Of a stretch of 64,000 nt of DNA, positions 27,856-40,467 are shown piece after piece; position 1 is the first letter of the stretch, and every line of letters begins with the position of its first letter. Source of the DNA: Oculina patagonica. Its lineage: Eukaryota. Position numbers and translations under genes: made by a program. Under the pieces are notes generated by a model that did not search any database, was not told the origin of the DNA, and worked only from the letters and a program-made list of their open reading frames with translations. Location of the stretch: positions 1,860,001 through 1,924,000 of the forward strand of contig NC_135759.1 in assembly GCF_052425735.1 (NCBI RefSeq), given 5' to 3'.

Positions 27856-28112
27856 AGGGGCGGATACAGGGGGGGGGGGATAGGGTGGATATCCACCCCC
27901 CTTTTTTTCAGTAAAAAAAATCGAAATGTCACTTTATTTGAAATAGAAAATAAATAAAGAAAAAAAATAGCTCTCGCTCATGTCTGGTTGTTGTTACACC
28001 ACGTTTCGCCGTCTGCCGCCACTTAGGGTTAGGGTTAGGGTTAGGGTTAGGGTAGGCCCTAATGGTCTGCCATCCACCCCCCCCCCCCTTTGAAATCCTG
28101 GATCCGCCCCTG
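27856..28112. mobile_element. hAT-like MITE containing (TTAGGG)5
   Basis: TIR AGGGGCGGATACAGG / CCTGGATCCGCCCCTG; five perfect TTAGGG units at 28023-28052. Confidence 0.6.
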
Positions 28113-28477
28113 CACTTGCAACTGTAGCGTTTCTTATCCATCCGTAAACTTCCTATAACAGTCTAAGTGCAATAACATAGCCCTTACCTAGAAAATAGCC
28201 TCTAGTGAAATAATGCCAAAATAAACTACTTTGCCTGCTTGCCGGTGTACCACCCTTGCAATCTATTTAATTAACTCTACCTGTTCCTTTTTTATTTAAA
28301 CACACGTCCCATCACATCACATCACCTTTATTTCACATCGGATTTACAAGAATAGATGCATAGCTAATTTCTCCGAGAAAGAAAAAAAGACGAAGAAAAA
28401 AATAAATAAATAAAATATTATTCATAATAAAAGTGAAAATAAAATCGTATACTTTATATATATATTATATACATACA

Positions 28478-28625
28478 TTAAACTACTATGATGTTCGAAA
28501 GAAATTTGCATATTTTAGTTTTGAACTCATTCAAGGAAGTCAGTGATCTCAGGTCCTCTGTTAGTTTGTTCCACGTGTTTGCAGTAGTGTATCTGAAGGA
28601 AGAAGACCATAAATAGTTGTGTAAA
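28478..28625 (-). mobile_element. Short 3' fragment of a CR1/L2-type LINE
   Basis: SFRYTTANTWNKLTEDLRSLTSLNEFKTKI resembles the conserved ORF2 end (SF.Y....WN.LP...R...SL..FK). Confidence 0.5.
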
Positions 28626-28709
28626 ATACTTCTTCCAGCAGAGCCTAGTGTTCTTAGAAACAACAAAAAAATATTAAAACTTCAATCCACAGAGAATTCG
28701 CGTCTTCAG

Positions 28710-29690
28710 CTATTCCATCTGGAAGCCATTATTCACTTCGGTTGTTACTCTTGTTTCGGTGAATATTTCATTTTGAAGTCTTGGATCTCTGGAAAAAAGC
28801 AACGCTTTAAACGCTTTTCTAAAGTCACGGTTCATGACAGTGTATATAATAGGGTTGAGTAGTGAATTGCCGTAATGCATCCATTTGGTGACTAAGATAA
28901 CTTCCGGTTTCGTCACCGGACATTGCTGCGGCTCGCATAAGCTGTAAATCATGTTTATTACGACAAACGGCAGCCAACATATCACAAACGCGCCCACCAC
29001 CACTGCCAGGGTTTTGGCGGCCTTGATCTCCTTCCAGAAGCTTCTTTGACGTCTTGGACACTGCGCAGGCGTATGAGCGTTTATTTGTTTTATCTGGTGC
29101 AGTGCAACTTTCAATACAATTGAATACGCGGTGATTATGACCAGCAGTGGAACGCAGAAGCACATGACCATGGCAATCAGGTTGAATAAGGGCTCGGGGT
29201 AAATAAGGAAGCTTGCCACGGCCACGCCCAAGGAATAAATCCAAACACAAGTAATAATAAAAGTTACTTTTTTCTGGGTCATCCATAGAGAATGGCGATA
29301 AGGGTGCTTTATGCACAAAACACGATCAAAACTTATGGCCATGAGATTCATAATGGACGCTGTGCTTACCAGAATATCTACCATGGTCCAAGCACGTGAC
29401 AGGCCAGCGCCCAGTACCCACATGGGTCCTGTCAGTAGGTATGCCACCCATACGGGCATCGAAAATAATGCCACGCAAAGATCAGTGCAAGCTAACGATA
29501 CCACAAAGTAGTTCGTCACGGTACGGATGCGCTCGTAAAGTGAAAATGCGACAATCACAAGAATATTACCGAATATTGTGCCCAGGATAAGGATTATGGT
29601 GAATGTTGCTGTACCCGCGCGGAAGCCGTCTGAGAATGTTTGTGGTGTGGCACGTGTGCTTGATGAGTTTGCGTCGCTACTATTCGACAT
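28710..29690 (-). CDS. Class A aminergic-like GPCR with an intronless CDS; paralogue of 18724-21174
   Basis: ATG at 29690. TNYFVVSLA.TD..VA.FSMPVW.AYLLTGP.W is nearly identical to the other GPCR. TM3 Asp, DRV, CWLP and NPIIY are present. Confidence 0.92.
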   Translation of the reverse strand: MSNSSDANSSSTRATPQTFSDGFRAGTATFTIILILGTIFGNILVIVAFSLYERIRTVTNYFVVSLACTDLCVALFSMPVWVAYLLTGPMWVLGAGLSRAWTMVDILVSTASIMNLMAISFDRVLCIKHPYRHSLWMTQKKVTFIITCVWIYSLGVAVASFLIYPEPLFNLIAMVMCFCVPLLVIITAYSIVLKVALHQIKQINAHTPAQCPRRQRSFWKEIKAAKTLAVVVGAFVICWLPFVVINMIYSLCEPQQCPVTKPEVILVTKWMHYGNSLLNPIIYTVMNRDFRKAFKALLFSRDPRLQNEIFTETRVTTEVNNGFQME

Positions 29691-29754
29691 TTTCACTAGT
29701 TCTTTTGTGCTCTCTCCTATTCTGTTCTCTTCTGTACATGTATGTTACGTAATT

Positions 29755-29893
29755 TTCTCTCTTTTTTCTTCTCTTCTCGTCGCTTCTCTTCTCGTCGCTT
29801 CTCTTCTCTTCTCTTCTCTTCTCTTTTCTTCTCTTCTCTTCTCTTCTCTTCTTTTCTCTTCTCTTCTCTTCTCGTCTCGTCTCGTCTTGTCTC
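29755..29893 (+). repeat. (CTTCT)n-type microsatellite running into an assembly gap (N at 29894-30025)
   Basis: Read directly from the sequence. Confidence 0.9.
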
Positions 29894-32499
29894 NNNNNNN
29901 NNNNNNNNNNNNNNNNNNNNNNNNNNNNNNNNNNNNNNNNNNNNNNNNNNNNNNNNNNNNNNNNNNNNNNNNNNNNNNNNNNNNNNNNNNNNNNNNNNNN
30001 NNNNNNNNNNNNNNNNNNNNNNNNNTTAGTATCGTTTTTTTCTTCTTCTCCCTTCAGTTCATTTTGTTTTGTTTTCTTGCCGCTTGGCTTGTCTTTTGTC
30101 GTCTTGTCTTGTCTTTCTCTCTTTTTTGCCTCCCCTTATCTTCCAACCACTCAATTCCTAGCTATTCTTCTCTTTCTTCAGTAAGAGAAAACCAACTGCA
30201 CGGAGAGAAAACTTGATCTTATCTCAAAAATGAGTTCTGTGTCTTGATTTATAACGTCCAACTGCAAATTAAAACCATCCATTAGATAGCAGTTAGAACC
30301 TCAAAATCGCCTGATAATATTAATTATTACCTCACTCCCCCCAACCCACGGTACCACGCACTCATCAACCCAAGTGCACGCACGCATGCCCGTGCATGAT
30401 ACTTTAGTAAGCAGTAGAGATCAGAAATATAATGCCAAAAAAATATCAATAAAGACAGACCAAAACGTCAAAAGAAAGCCAAAAGAAAAAAACTTGAAGG
30501 GTAAAGAATAAAAAAAACTGAGTTTAAATGGATTACTTTCTCTTTTTTAACTCGTAGTCTACCGCACATGAAGATAACCTGTTTGAAACAAATTCCTGGG
30601 TAATAAAATGACAAATATGTCAAAATGTTCGCCCCCCTACTTCGAGTTTCGTGCGGATGCCTTTGTAAAGTTGTTAAATTTAGCAGATGCGAGAATCCAC
30701 TGACCACTTACCTCCCCTCCTGCTTTAAAAATTAATTGTTACTTTCGATTGATCCGGCCAAACGGAAAAGTATAATCTATTTTTTTTCTAATCTCAGTAA
30801 TATCTCTAAACTACGTCTGTAATTTTCAATAAGATTTCCCTCTATTAATTAGGACGAGATCTCGTGGTGAATGAACCTTTAAACCCATTTCAAAGAAATT
30901 AAAAGGAAGTGCGGGGAAAGAAATAAAACCTCAGAACTCTTTTAATGCCTTTTTTATATAAACTTATGGATATTTAGCCGTACAATTTTGGTAATGGTGT
31001 CGTAAGTGCTCATTTACAACTGCTATATATTTCTACATTTATATCAAAAGATTTATTACAAGGCTAATAAATGAGTCAAAATTTTAAAAGGAAAAAAAAA
31101 CAATTAAATTAGGTCATCATGTTTAATTTTAGCCTTGTAAAAAACGAACATCATGGGCAATATCAAAAGGTATTTGATTAAAAAAAATGGCTTTCGTAAT
31201 TTCGGCAATTCGGTACGATCCTAGCCATCAGGTCCACAGAATTTTTATCGTTGTGGAATCACTTACGATTTCGTAAATCCCCCAAAGAACATACGTTTTC
31301 AGCACGAAAACGAAGAAAAAATCATTTTCAAAATGTGTTCAAAAGAGAACGGAAATAAACGCCATAATGTATTACGACTAAAAGCCTTAGAGACATTTGC
31401 CACAAAATTGTACATATTACTTCCCAAGTAGCAGATTGAGGCTGTGGTAGTACTGTGAAAAGGGTGAGCAAATGAAACGAAAAATCGTGGTTAAATTCTA
31501 CTCGATAAGAATTGCAAAATATTATAATCCTTTTAAAACTGTAATCTTGTATCTGGAAGATCTGAAGGGGTGCGCAAGAATACAAAAATTGTTTGTAGAA
31601 GTTATACAGTCGAAGGAGATTGAACGCCGGAAATTTGCTGGAATAAACACGCAAACGAAACGCGGGCAACACGCAAAACAAAGAAGGAGCCGAGTCTATT
31701 ATACTCTTGCGGTTTGGCGGTTTAAGCCAATTTTGAGTGTCACTTTGCAGGTTTGTACTATTCTGGCAGTTTACGGTCAAGCAATTATGGCAGTTTTGGT
31801 CTTTAGGAGAAAAGTAAAGCTGTTTACGGTATAGAAAGAAAGAATATGGCGGTTTGCGGAAAGTACGACCTCCTATAATAGACCCTCAAAAAAAGCGTTT
31901 TACTGAAAAATACTCACCACGAATTGGAACTTGTAGAAGACTCAACACGTCCGTGACAGAAATACTATTAGCGACTTGAAGTCTTCCTTTTGGCTTGGAA
32001 GGCTTTTGCGTGCTTACAGGAAAAATTTAGTTCTATAAACACAAATACACTTCCAGTGGCTTTGTCGGAAACTTGAGCAATGTGGGAGAACAGCAGCTGC
32101 GATTGCAAAGACTGTAGTGTTTTATAATCGAGGCTAAACGAAGGCTTAAGGCCTTTTCTTATTACTTTCGTTGCACTTTCTAATTATCAGAATTTATGTC
32201 TTTTGTAATCCACAGAATTGAAAAGCTGTGGCTTTTGATAGGATCACTCAGTGTTTGAGCGATAAATTACTGTAACATGTCAGCTATAGATTAATGTTTA
32301 CCATTTTTGTTGGTCAATGATAAATATTGCCAGATATATTGAGATTATTATCACAATTTGAAATCGAAAAGTTCAACGAAATTTACATTTATTTCTTGCC
32401 TGTAAAGAATCTTTTCTATGTGAATAAATGTAATTACAGAAATCAGACAAACTAAATTTAAGAAATATGAAGTCCAAACAGCTTAAAACTCTTCGGAAA

Positions 32500-33990
32500 C
32501 AGCTAAAATTTCTTTCGGATCAAAAGAGCTCTCACTACCCATTAAGTCAGTGGCATGTTTTGTATGGTTTAATTAATGGTTTCCTTAAAAAAACGGAATT
32601 AGCCTTTTTGAATTATCGTCCCTTCTTTTTGGAGAAATGGAGATACAAGGTTGTACGTCATAAGGGTATTTTCATCAAATTGTCATCAAAAAGACAAGTT
32701 GTACATTTAGCTAGACAACTATTGACATTGAATTAATGAGCATGCTCTGTATGTGTGTAGTCAATGGCTTCCTAAAAAATACACGAATCGCTAGGTATTG
32801 ACACGTAAAATTTTCTTTTCTTTAGAAAATGGAAATACGTGGGATTAATTGAGATGCCTCAAAAAGGAAATTTACCAATGAAATGGATTTAATGTCAATA
32901 CCAACATTTTAAAAAAAAGATTTTACATTTAATGTCACCAACAATCCTGTATTTTTCTGCCACCATATAGGTTCCGTCCTTTTATTTTTCTGCTATGCTG
33001 TTTTTGTGCTTATTACTTTTTTATTGCTAAGCAGTGAAGAGCTTTGTAAAGCATCGTTTCTTTTCGTTTCACTTATTTATTTATCAATGTACACTTTTTT
33101 TGTTTGTATTGTATTGGTTTGAGCATTAATAATAATAATAAAAAAGTTCTTTATTTCAGCTAAATATTTCTTTCGGATCAAAAAAGCTCTTATCACAAAT
33201 TAAGAGTCAGGTGCATGTTATGTATGGTCTAAGCAATGGTTTCCTTCCAAAAAAGGGAATTAGCCTTTTGAATTAATGTCCCTTCTTTTTTGGAGAAATG
33301 GAATTACAAAGTTTTACATCATGTGGGTTTCAGGAAGCTTCCAAAAAGCAAATTTTTTAATCAAATTGATTTTAATGTCAATATTAACATCTAAAAGACA
33401 AGTTCCGCATTTTCTGTTGACATTGGATAAATGAGCATGCCTTAGTGTGGTTTTTTCAATGGCTTCCATATTAGAAAAATATTTGAATAGCTAGGAATCG
33501 GCACGCAAACTTTTCTATATTTAGAAAATGGAAATACTTAGAATAAGGTGCTTCAAAAAGCGAATTTATCAATGAAATGGATTAAAGCAATTTCTATGTG
33601 ACAATTTTTATTTGCTCGTGCAGAGGAGAAAAATTGGCCAATTTTGTGACAAATATATTTGTTGGTAAGTTAGCTTTTATGTGACAAATAAAAGTTGTCA
33701 CATACGAAAATTGCTCGTGTAGTCGACTCGTCACATAAAATGTGGCAAATATTGTGTCAGCATATGTGGTCCCTAATCTCCCAAACTCCCACTGGGCACT
33801 GTGCGCGCGTATCTGTGTGCGTATCTCTGCTGTCCAAGGTCATTACTGGCGCATTAAACTTTGGACTGCTGACAAATAATTGTTGTGTCATCTACACGAT
33901 CAAATATATTTGTCACATAAAAATTGCCCGTGAAGACCCAGCTTTAACGTCAATGCTTACATTGAAAAGACAAGTTGTACGTTTCAGCAG
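32500..33990. repeat. Diverged ~0.4-kb tandem duplication; the second copy is followed or interrupted by a MITE-like insert (~33585-33946)
   Basis: TTTCTTTCGGATCAAAA...GGAATTAGCCTTTT...GGAGAAATGG...CAATGAAATGGATT occurs at about 32508 and 33167. The insert has internal ATGTGACAA/TTGTCACAT inverted motifs. Confidence 0.55.
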
Positions 33991-34173
33991 CTGTAAAACC
34001 CGTCATACCATTAATGTTTGTGCAAACACATGACAAGATTGTATACATCAGGATTGAATACATGAAATTGGAAAATTGCAAGAGCCTGATTTGTTTGAAA
34101 GATAAAAATCAGTCGTTGATACAAGCACAGAACTTCTACTTTAAATATTTTAACAGCTTCCTCCTCCCTCTTA

Positions 34174-34800
34174 GGCCCTATCCACACTGATTCTGGTAAA
34201 TTTCAAACGCATCTTTTTTTTCTTCCGATAGGCCAACCACCCACACTGAAAAGGCGTTTTCGGTCACCGAAAACGGAGCTTTTCAAAAACGCTCTCCAAA
34301 GTAGAAAAATTTGAAAACACACTAGTGTGGACGGCGAAAACGCATCTTTTTTTCTCTAAATAGACTAAAGCGGCGTTTTCGGTCACCGAAAACGGAGCTT
34401 TCAAAAACGCTTTCCAGAGTGGGGAAATTTGAAAACGCACAAGTGTGGACGGCAAAAACGGAGCTTTTCGAAAACGCTGATGTCAAACAGTCATGTGATC
34501 TCTGTCAAAACAAAAGGTTTAATTAACTTAACAATAGCTCCGTGCATGCGTTGTAACTCAACGTGCGATGAAGCGTATCGTTTTGAAATTTATCCGGATT
34601 AATGTGGACAGAAAACATTTTAAATACGGCGTTTTGAATTTCTCCGTTTCAAAATTTATCCACATTAATGTGGACAGGGCCTCAGGCCCTAAAAGCTCCG
34701 TTTTCGGTGACCGAAAACGCCGGTTCAGTGTGGACGGTTGGCCTAACCGGAGAAAAAAAGATGCGTTCTTTAATTTACCCGGGTCAGTGTCGACGAGGCT
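34174..34800. mobile_element. PIF/Harbinger-like MITE(s), compound
   Basis: GGCCCTATCCACACT / AATGTGGACAGGGCC ends; internal CGTTTTCGGTCACCGAAAACG palindromes repeated three times. Confidence 0.55.
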
Positions 34801-35771
34801 CAGTCTTCGTGATCTGAAATTTAGTCCAGTTGAGATAAAAATACTCACTGTGTGCAAACAGAATTTTAACGGCTAACACTTGAATTGCATTAAACGGAAA
34901 CGCTTTGCAAAAAAGCGATAAACGAACTAAAAGTTGCCGCTGGGGCTGTCAATAGAATTGCCGCCTTTTAATTGATTGCTAAACAAGAATAGCGCTTATT
35001 AATCACACGCAATCTTCAGAGCAGGATGTCTGGACGGAAAGTTGAGTTTCCGTTTGTGTGAGTCATCTCCACCTCTCTGCCGATAAAATAACAAGAAGCT
35101 TGAGTAGCTTGAGAAGCTTAAAATCGGGCGCTTAATAATTAGCTATCTGTTTTGACTTGAAAGGCAGGGTACAGTACAGTAAAAATCACTGGGAAAACAG
35201 TCACTTCAACCTATTCAGGCCGGGGGGAGGGGGCCTTTGAGGCCCGCGCTGACTATGGACGCTTATAACTTTTTCAAGATTCAACCAAACGCTGCCAAAC
35301 TTTGCGCGTTTATCTAAAATTTATCTCGCAATAATTTGGTAGGATTAGTTATTGTGCCAGTAACTTGAAATCACCATGGCAACGTCATTTTGACAGGCTT
35401 GTTTTCCCAAATTTGAATTTTTCGTGTTTCTATTTAATAATGAAAATCTGGAATGTTTTCAAAATTGCATTATTACTTAATGACATAATGGTCTCAATTT
35501 ATAAAAATATATTTCGCACAATACAAATAAACGATTGAACTAGACGTCTAGAAAATATAAATTTGTAACACTTAGCAAAGTGCAGCCTTTTCGCAATACT
35601 TAATAAAGGCGGAGTTTTTACCTGAAGACCAATTTTTCCAACGCTTTAGGTGGCTGACGCATTTCAGTATTTTCCAGCCCTTACACTTTAATGGAACAGT
35701 ATACAACTCCTAATCAGGTAACTACTATTGTCAAGAAAATGATCACAACTTATTGACCAATGATTAGGTAT

Positions 35772-37293
35772 TTAATACTCTTTATAAATTCCGACGCTGA
35801 CTTATTTGAGCGTAAACAACGCTCATAATGTACTCAAGACGTTTCGACCGAGAATCTTCGGTCTTCTTCGGTTGTTATCATGGCATAAAAAACGGCTTTT
35901 TAACGGTTTCACATTTGTACGCGTGCGCGAGTGACTAATACAAATACACGCGAACGCTGCGCGAGACTATGAACATTATGTAAGTGACTTATATACATCA
36001 GGGATGTCTATGTGTTCATTTCCCGCATTCTGGTCCCTCTGCGAATGCCACGCTTCTAGGAAAAGCCTCTTGTGGTAATCGCCTGCCTTGTCCACCACCG
36101 CTGCATGATTGAAATCCATATCATGGCCAAACGTGTTGGCGTGTTGCGCGATCTTAGAGTTTTTGTCGCAAACACGGACTGCTCTTTGATGTTCTTTAAT
36201 TCGAGTATCTAACGCTCTGTCCGTTTGTCCATAATAGGTAAAATTGCAGTCAAGGCAGTTAACTCTGTAAACTACACATCTAGACTGGAATGCTGTGAGT
36301 TTGTCTTTCGGTCTGGGGAAGCGTGTGCGTAACGTGTTAAGTGGTTTAAAGCCAACTTTGACCCCGTTGTTGCGTAGAACTTTTGAGATTCTTTCAGTTA
36401 CGCCTTTCACGTAGGGTAGAACAACAAACGATGTTGCGGCATCATTTGGAGTGTCGCTGCTGTCTGAGACACGACGATTAGCTTTGCGATGAGAATCACA
36501 ACTCTTGATAAACCGCATTGGATAGTTATTGTTCATCAAGACTTTAACCACATGCTCCTTTTCTTTGCGTTTCCCTGCGCTTGTTGATGGGATATTTTCC
36601 GCTCTCTCAAGGAGTGTATTCACCACTGATCTCTTGTGTTGAGTTGGGTGATGCGAGTTGAAATCTAGATATTTGTCAGTGTGCGTTGGCTTTCGGTAGA
36701 CGTTAACCTGTATGCGCCCGTTCACTCTAGTTGTTGCGGTGTCTAAAAATGAAAGGCCGTCGTCACCTTCGACCTCGCTAGTGAATTGTATGTGCGGGTT
36801 AACAGAGTTAAGGTGGTCATGAAACTCTTGCACATACTCCTTTTTTAGGCATACGTGGCTGTCGTCGACATACCTGTACCACCATCGTGGAGGATGCGGG
36901 GCTGTTGAAATCGCTCGGTCTTCTACAAACTCCATCACTAGATTGGCTATGGTTGCACTAACAGGCGAACCCATACCGCAGCCAAATGTTTGGTGATAAT
37001 GTTCTTGCTCATAGGTGAAAAAAAAACTGTTCCTCAAAACGAACTCTAGCAACCTCATGATATTGCTCACGGAAATGTTCGTGCGTTCCGTTAGAGTTAT
37101 ATCACGCTCCAATCTATCGCGAGTAACTTGTAGGGCCAACTCTACTGGGATTGAGGTAAACAGAGAAACAACATCGAAAGATACCATGACATCATCCTCT
37201 GTAATCACTTGGTTTTTTATCTTCTGGGCAAACGCGGTGCTATTTCTCACTGAGTATCTCTCCTCCAGCAGAGGGGATAAGATAGAAACCAAA
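35772..37293 (-). mobile_element. Penelope-like retroelement, 5'-truncated, left arm (RT + GIY-YIG ORF, 35976 to ~37293)
   Basis: RT motifs SFDVVSLFT, GCGMGSP and YRYVDD; GIY-YIG endonuclease VVYRVNC..C...YYGQT. Reverse complement of 37360-38881. Confidence 0.92.
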
Positions 37294-38881
37294 GGCCCAC
37301 ATACCTCTTCGTCCAATCACCAGCTGTATTAATGCACCAACATACAATTTGTCAAAGCATTTGGTTTCTATCTTATCCCCTCTGCTGGAGGAGAGATACT
37401 CAGTGAGAAATAGCACCGCGTTTGCCCAGAAGATAAAAAACCAAGTGATTACAGAGGATGATGTCATGGTATCTTTCGATGTTGTTTCTCTGTTTACCTC
37501 AATCCCAGTAGAGTTGGCCCTACAAGTTACTCGCGATAGATTGGAGCGTGATATAACTCTAACGGAACGCACGAACATTTCCGTGAGCAATATCATGAGG
37601 TTGCTAGAGTTCGTTTTGAGGAACAGTTTTTTTTTCACCTATGAGCAAGAACATTATCACCAAACATTTGGCTGCGGTATGGGTTCGCCTGTTAGTGCAA
37701 CCATAGCCAATCTAGTGATGGAGTTTGTAGAAGACCGAGCGATTTCAACAGCCCCGCATCCTCCACGATGGTGGTACAGGTATGTCGACGACAGCCACGT
37801 ATGCCTAAAAAAGGAGTATGTGCAAGAGTTTCATGACCACCTTAACTCTGTTAACCCGCACATACAATTCACTAGCGAGGTCGAAGGTGACGACGGCCTT
37901 TCATTTTTAGACACCGCAACAACTAGAGTGAACGGGCGCATACAGGTTAACGTCTACCGAAAGCCAACGCACACTGACAAATATCTAGATTTCAACTCGC
38001 ATCACCCAACTCAACACAAGAGATCAGTGGTGAATACACTCCTTGAGAGAGCGGAAAATATCCCATCAACAAGCGCAGGGAAACGCAAAGAAAAGGAGCA
38101 TGTGGTTAAAGTCTTGATGAACAATAACTATCCAATGCGGTTTATCAAGAGTTGTGATTCTCATCGCAAAGCTAATCGTCGTGTCTCAGACAGCAGCGAC
38201 ACTCCAAATGATGCCGCAACATCGTTTGTTGTTCTACCCTACGTGAAAGGCGTAACTGAAAGAATCTCAAAAGTTCTACGCAACAACGGGGTCAAAGTTG
38301 GCTTTAAACCACTTAACACGTTACGCACACGCTTCCCCAGACCGAAAGACAAACTCACAGCATTCCAGTCTAGATGTGTAGTTTACAGAGTTAACTGCCT
38401 TGACTGCAATTTTACCTATTATGGACAAACGGACAGAGCGTTAGCTACTCGAATTAAAGAACATCAAAGAGCAGTCCGTGTTTGCGACAAAAACTCTAAG
38501 ATCGCGCAACACGCCAACACGTTTGGCCATGATATGGATTTCAATCATGCAGCGGTGGTGGACAAGGCAGGCGATTACCACAAGAGGCTTTTCCTAGAAG
38601 CGTGGCATTCGCAGAGGGACCAGAATGCGGGAAATGAACACATAGACATCCCTGATGTATATAAGTCACTTACATAATGTTCATAGTCTCGCGCAGCGTT
38701 CGCGTGTATTTGTATTAGTCACTCGCGCACGCGTACAAATGTGGAACCGTTAAAAAGCCGTTTTTTATGCCATGATAACAACCGAAGAAGACCGAAGATT
38801 CTCGGTCGAAACGTCTTGAGTACATTATGAGCGTTGTTTACGCTCAAATAAGTCAGCGTCGGAATTTATAAAGAGTATTAA
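37292..38881 (+). mobile_element. Penelope-like retroelement, 5'-truncated, right arm (frame open from ~37292 to 38677)
   Basis: Same RT and GIY-YIG motifs. The 66-bp spacer between the arms continues this frame upstream as KAHIPLRPITSCINAPTYNLSKHL, typical early Penelope RT sequence. Confidence 0.92.
38779..38818 (+). ncRNA. Minimal hammerhead-ribozyme-like motif in the Penelope 3' region (mirror copy on the minus strand at 35835-35874)
   Basis: caa-CCGAAGA-a-GACCGA[agattc]TCGGTC-GAAA-C-GTC-ttg: CUGANGA-like box with U>C, stem II, GAAA box, GUC site and a 3-bp stem I. Penelope pLTRs are known to carry minimal type I hammerheads. Confidence 0.55.
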
Positions 38882-39249
38882 TGTCAACTCCTGACTGTAA
38901 TTTTGGTATTTTTCGTTTGATTAGGTATTTGTTTCATACCATTACTGTAATAGCAACTGGTGAAGAATAGTAGTACTGACCCAAAGTATAAGGGCTGGAA
39001 AACACTGAAAACCATTTCAGCCGCGTTTCAAGGAATCCAAAAAAGCTTTATCCCATATATATTTGCTTTGCAGTATTTTGTTAATTTTTGGACGATTTTG
39101 GGGGATGTCTGGGAGGCCATAGTTTTTCTCAAAGGATTAGTAAAATTTAGACAAATAAGAAATATTGGAGATTTAATGTGATTTTAAAATTTGAATTTGA
39201 AGTTAAAAATTGGTGGACGGACACCAAACAGTCTCCTGACAACCCGGAG

Positions 39250-39838
39250 TAGGGCTTTCCACAAGTTGCTCGGCAACTTTTTGGCAACTTTTCATGTTTC
39301 GAGCAACTTTTTCCCATTCGAGCAACTTTTTTCCTCTCGAGCAACTTGTTGCATTTTAAGCCATTTCCAGACCGAACGATCTCCGAAGATTATCCGAGTG
39401 TTGTTCAAAGGCAATACGAACGTTTCCGATGATTTACGAAGTTTGCCGAAGACTTAAGAGAAAGATCTGAAGACATTCCAACTTTCGGCTACAAAACTCG
39501 TCAGCAAACGTGACGTCATGGATATCTTGACGATTTTTCTCAGTTAAAGAAATCTTTGTTATTTAACAAATTGTCCCCTTAATATGTCATTTAGATACTT
39601 CTTTTGCTGTAAAATTGCATTAAACTGCTTAGAAATCTTACTCTCAAAGGGAAATTAGCATATATTTAGAGAAATTCTCGTGACTAGAAGCAGCGTTTCG
39701 GATATTTTGGAGCATCTTTTGAGCAACTTTTATTATCAGAAGCAACTTTTTTGGATTTTTGAAGCAACTTTTGAGCAACTTTTTGAGAAATTACGGGCAA
39801 CTTTTTGGGAAATCTCGAGCAACTTGTGGAAAGCCCTA
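39250..39838. mobile_element. hAT-type MITE
   Basis: TIR TAGGGCTTTCCACAAGTTGCTCG / CGAGCAACTTGTGGAAAGCCCTA; 8-bp TSD ACCCGGAG (39242-39249, 39839-39846); many subterminal GCAACTTTT repeats. Confidence 0.9.
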
Positions 39839-40467
39839 ACCCGGAGTGCTCTTGCGAGGGGTCAACTGTTTGGAGGTGTTTCCATTCTTTTCTTCAATCC
39901 CTTCTTTAAATCTCTTAAAGTTCCATTCAAATTCAGGTAGAACCCCACCTTAAGTTTTGTTCTTGTGAGAAAACAACAGAAGTCAAAGGTTGCGTGATAT
40001 AACCAAGCATGGATTTTAATTCTCCCTCCCTTTCCATCTCCTTAGCATTTCACCCCCACTTGTCCCTCCCTTTCTACTCTCATTCAATTTAATGTTTGTT
40101 TACATTTCCTAACCAATTCAGTATCGTACTAATCTGTACCAAGCAATCAGATAATAACAGAAATTTGCCTTAATTTTGATCTCCCATACCAAGACCTTAG
40201 AGTATAAACCGCTAATAAAACAAAACACACTTGATAATAATTCTCTGAGGTTAAACACCTTGCAGTATTAACGTACTAACGAACTTGATAACAAACCCCA
40301 TGTCGTACTAAGGATTTTTACTGATCAACATAGAAAATAAGTTCACAATGGTTTGTTCCCAAAACGTTTTTTACTGTACAGAGGGTCTGTATATTGACCT
40401 GTAACTTGTATACCGTATTGAAAAATTCAGAACGAACCGACTTCTGCCCGCTACCATGATATCATGT

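Noticed and set aside
28023-28052. Chromosome end or fusion site
   Set aside because: Only five units in one orientation, embedded in a TIR element.
29578-30216. 212-aa Ser/Leu/Phe-rich ORF
   Set aside because: Translation of a microsatellite across an N gap.
37240-37638. Mirror ORFs 37015-37332 (+) and 37240-37638 (-), and the MDEEVCGP start of the left ORF
   Set aside because: Products of the palindrome junction and antisense RT frames.
35761-38930. TGATTAGGTATTT on both sides of the Penelope palindrome as a TSD
   Set aside because: The right copy is ~36 bp from the element end, and the flanks share other degenerate repeats, so it is not a clean TSD.
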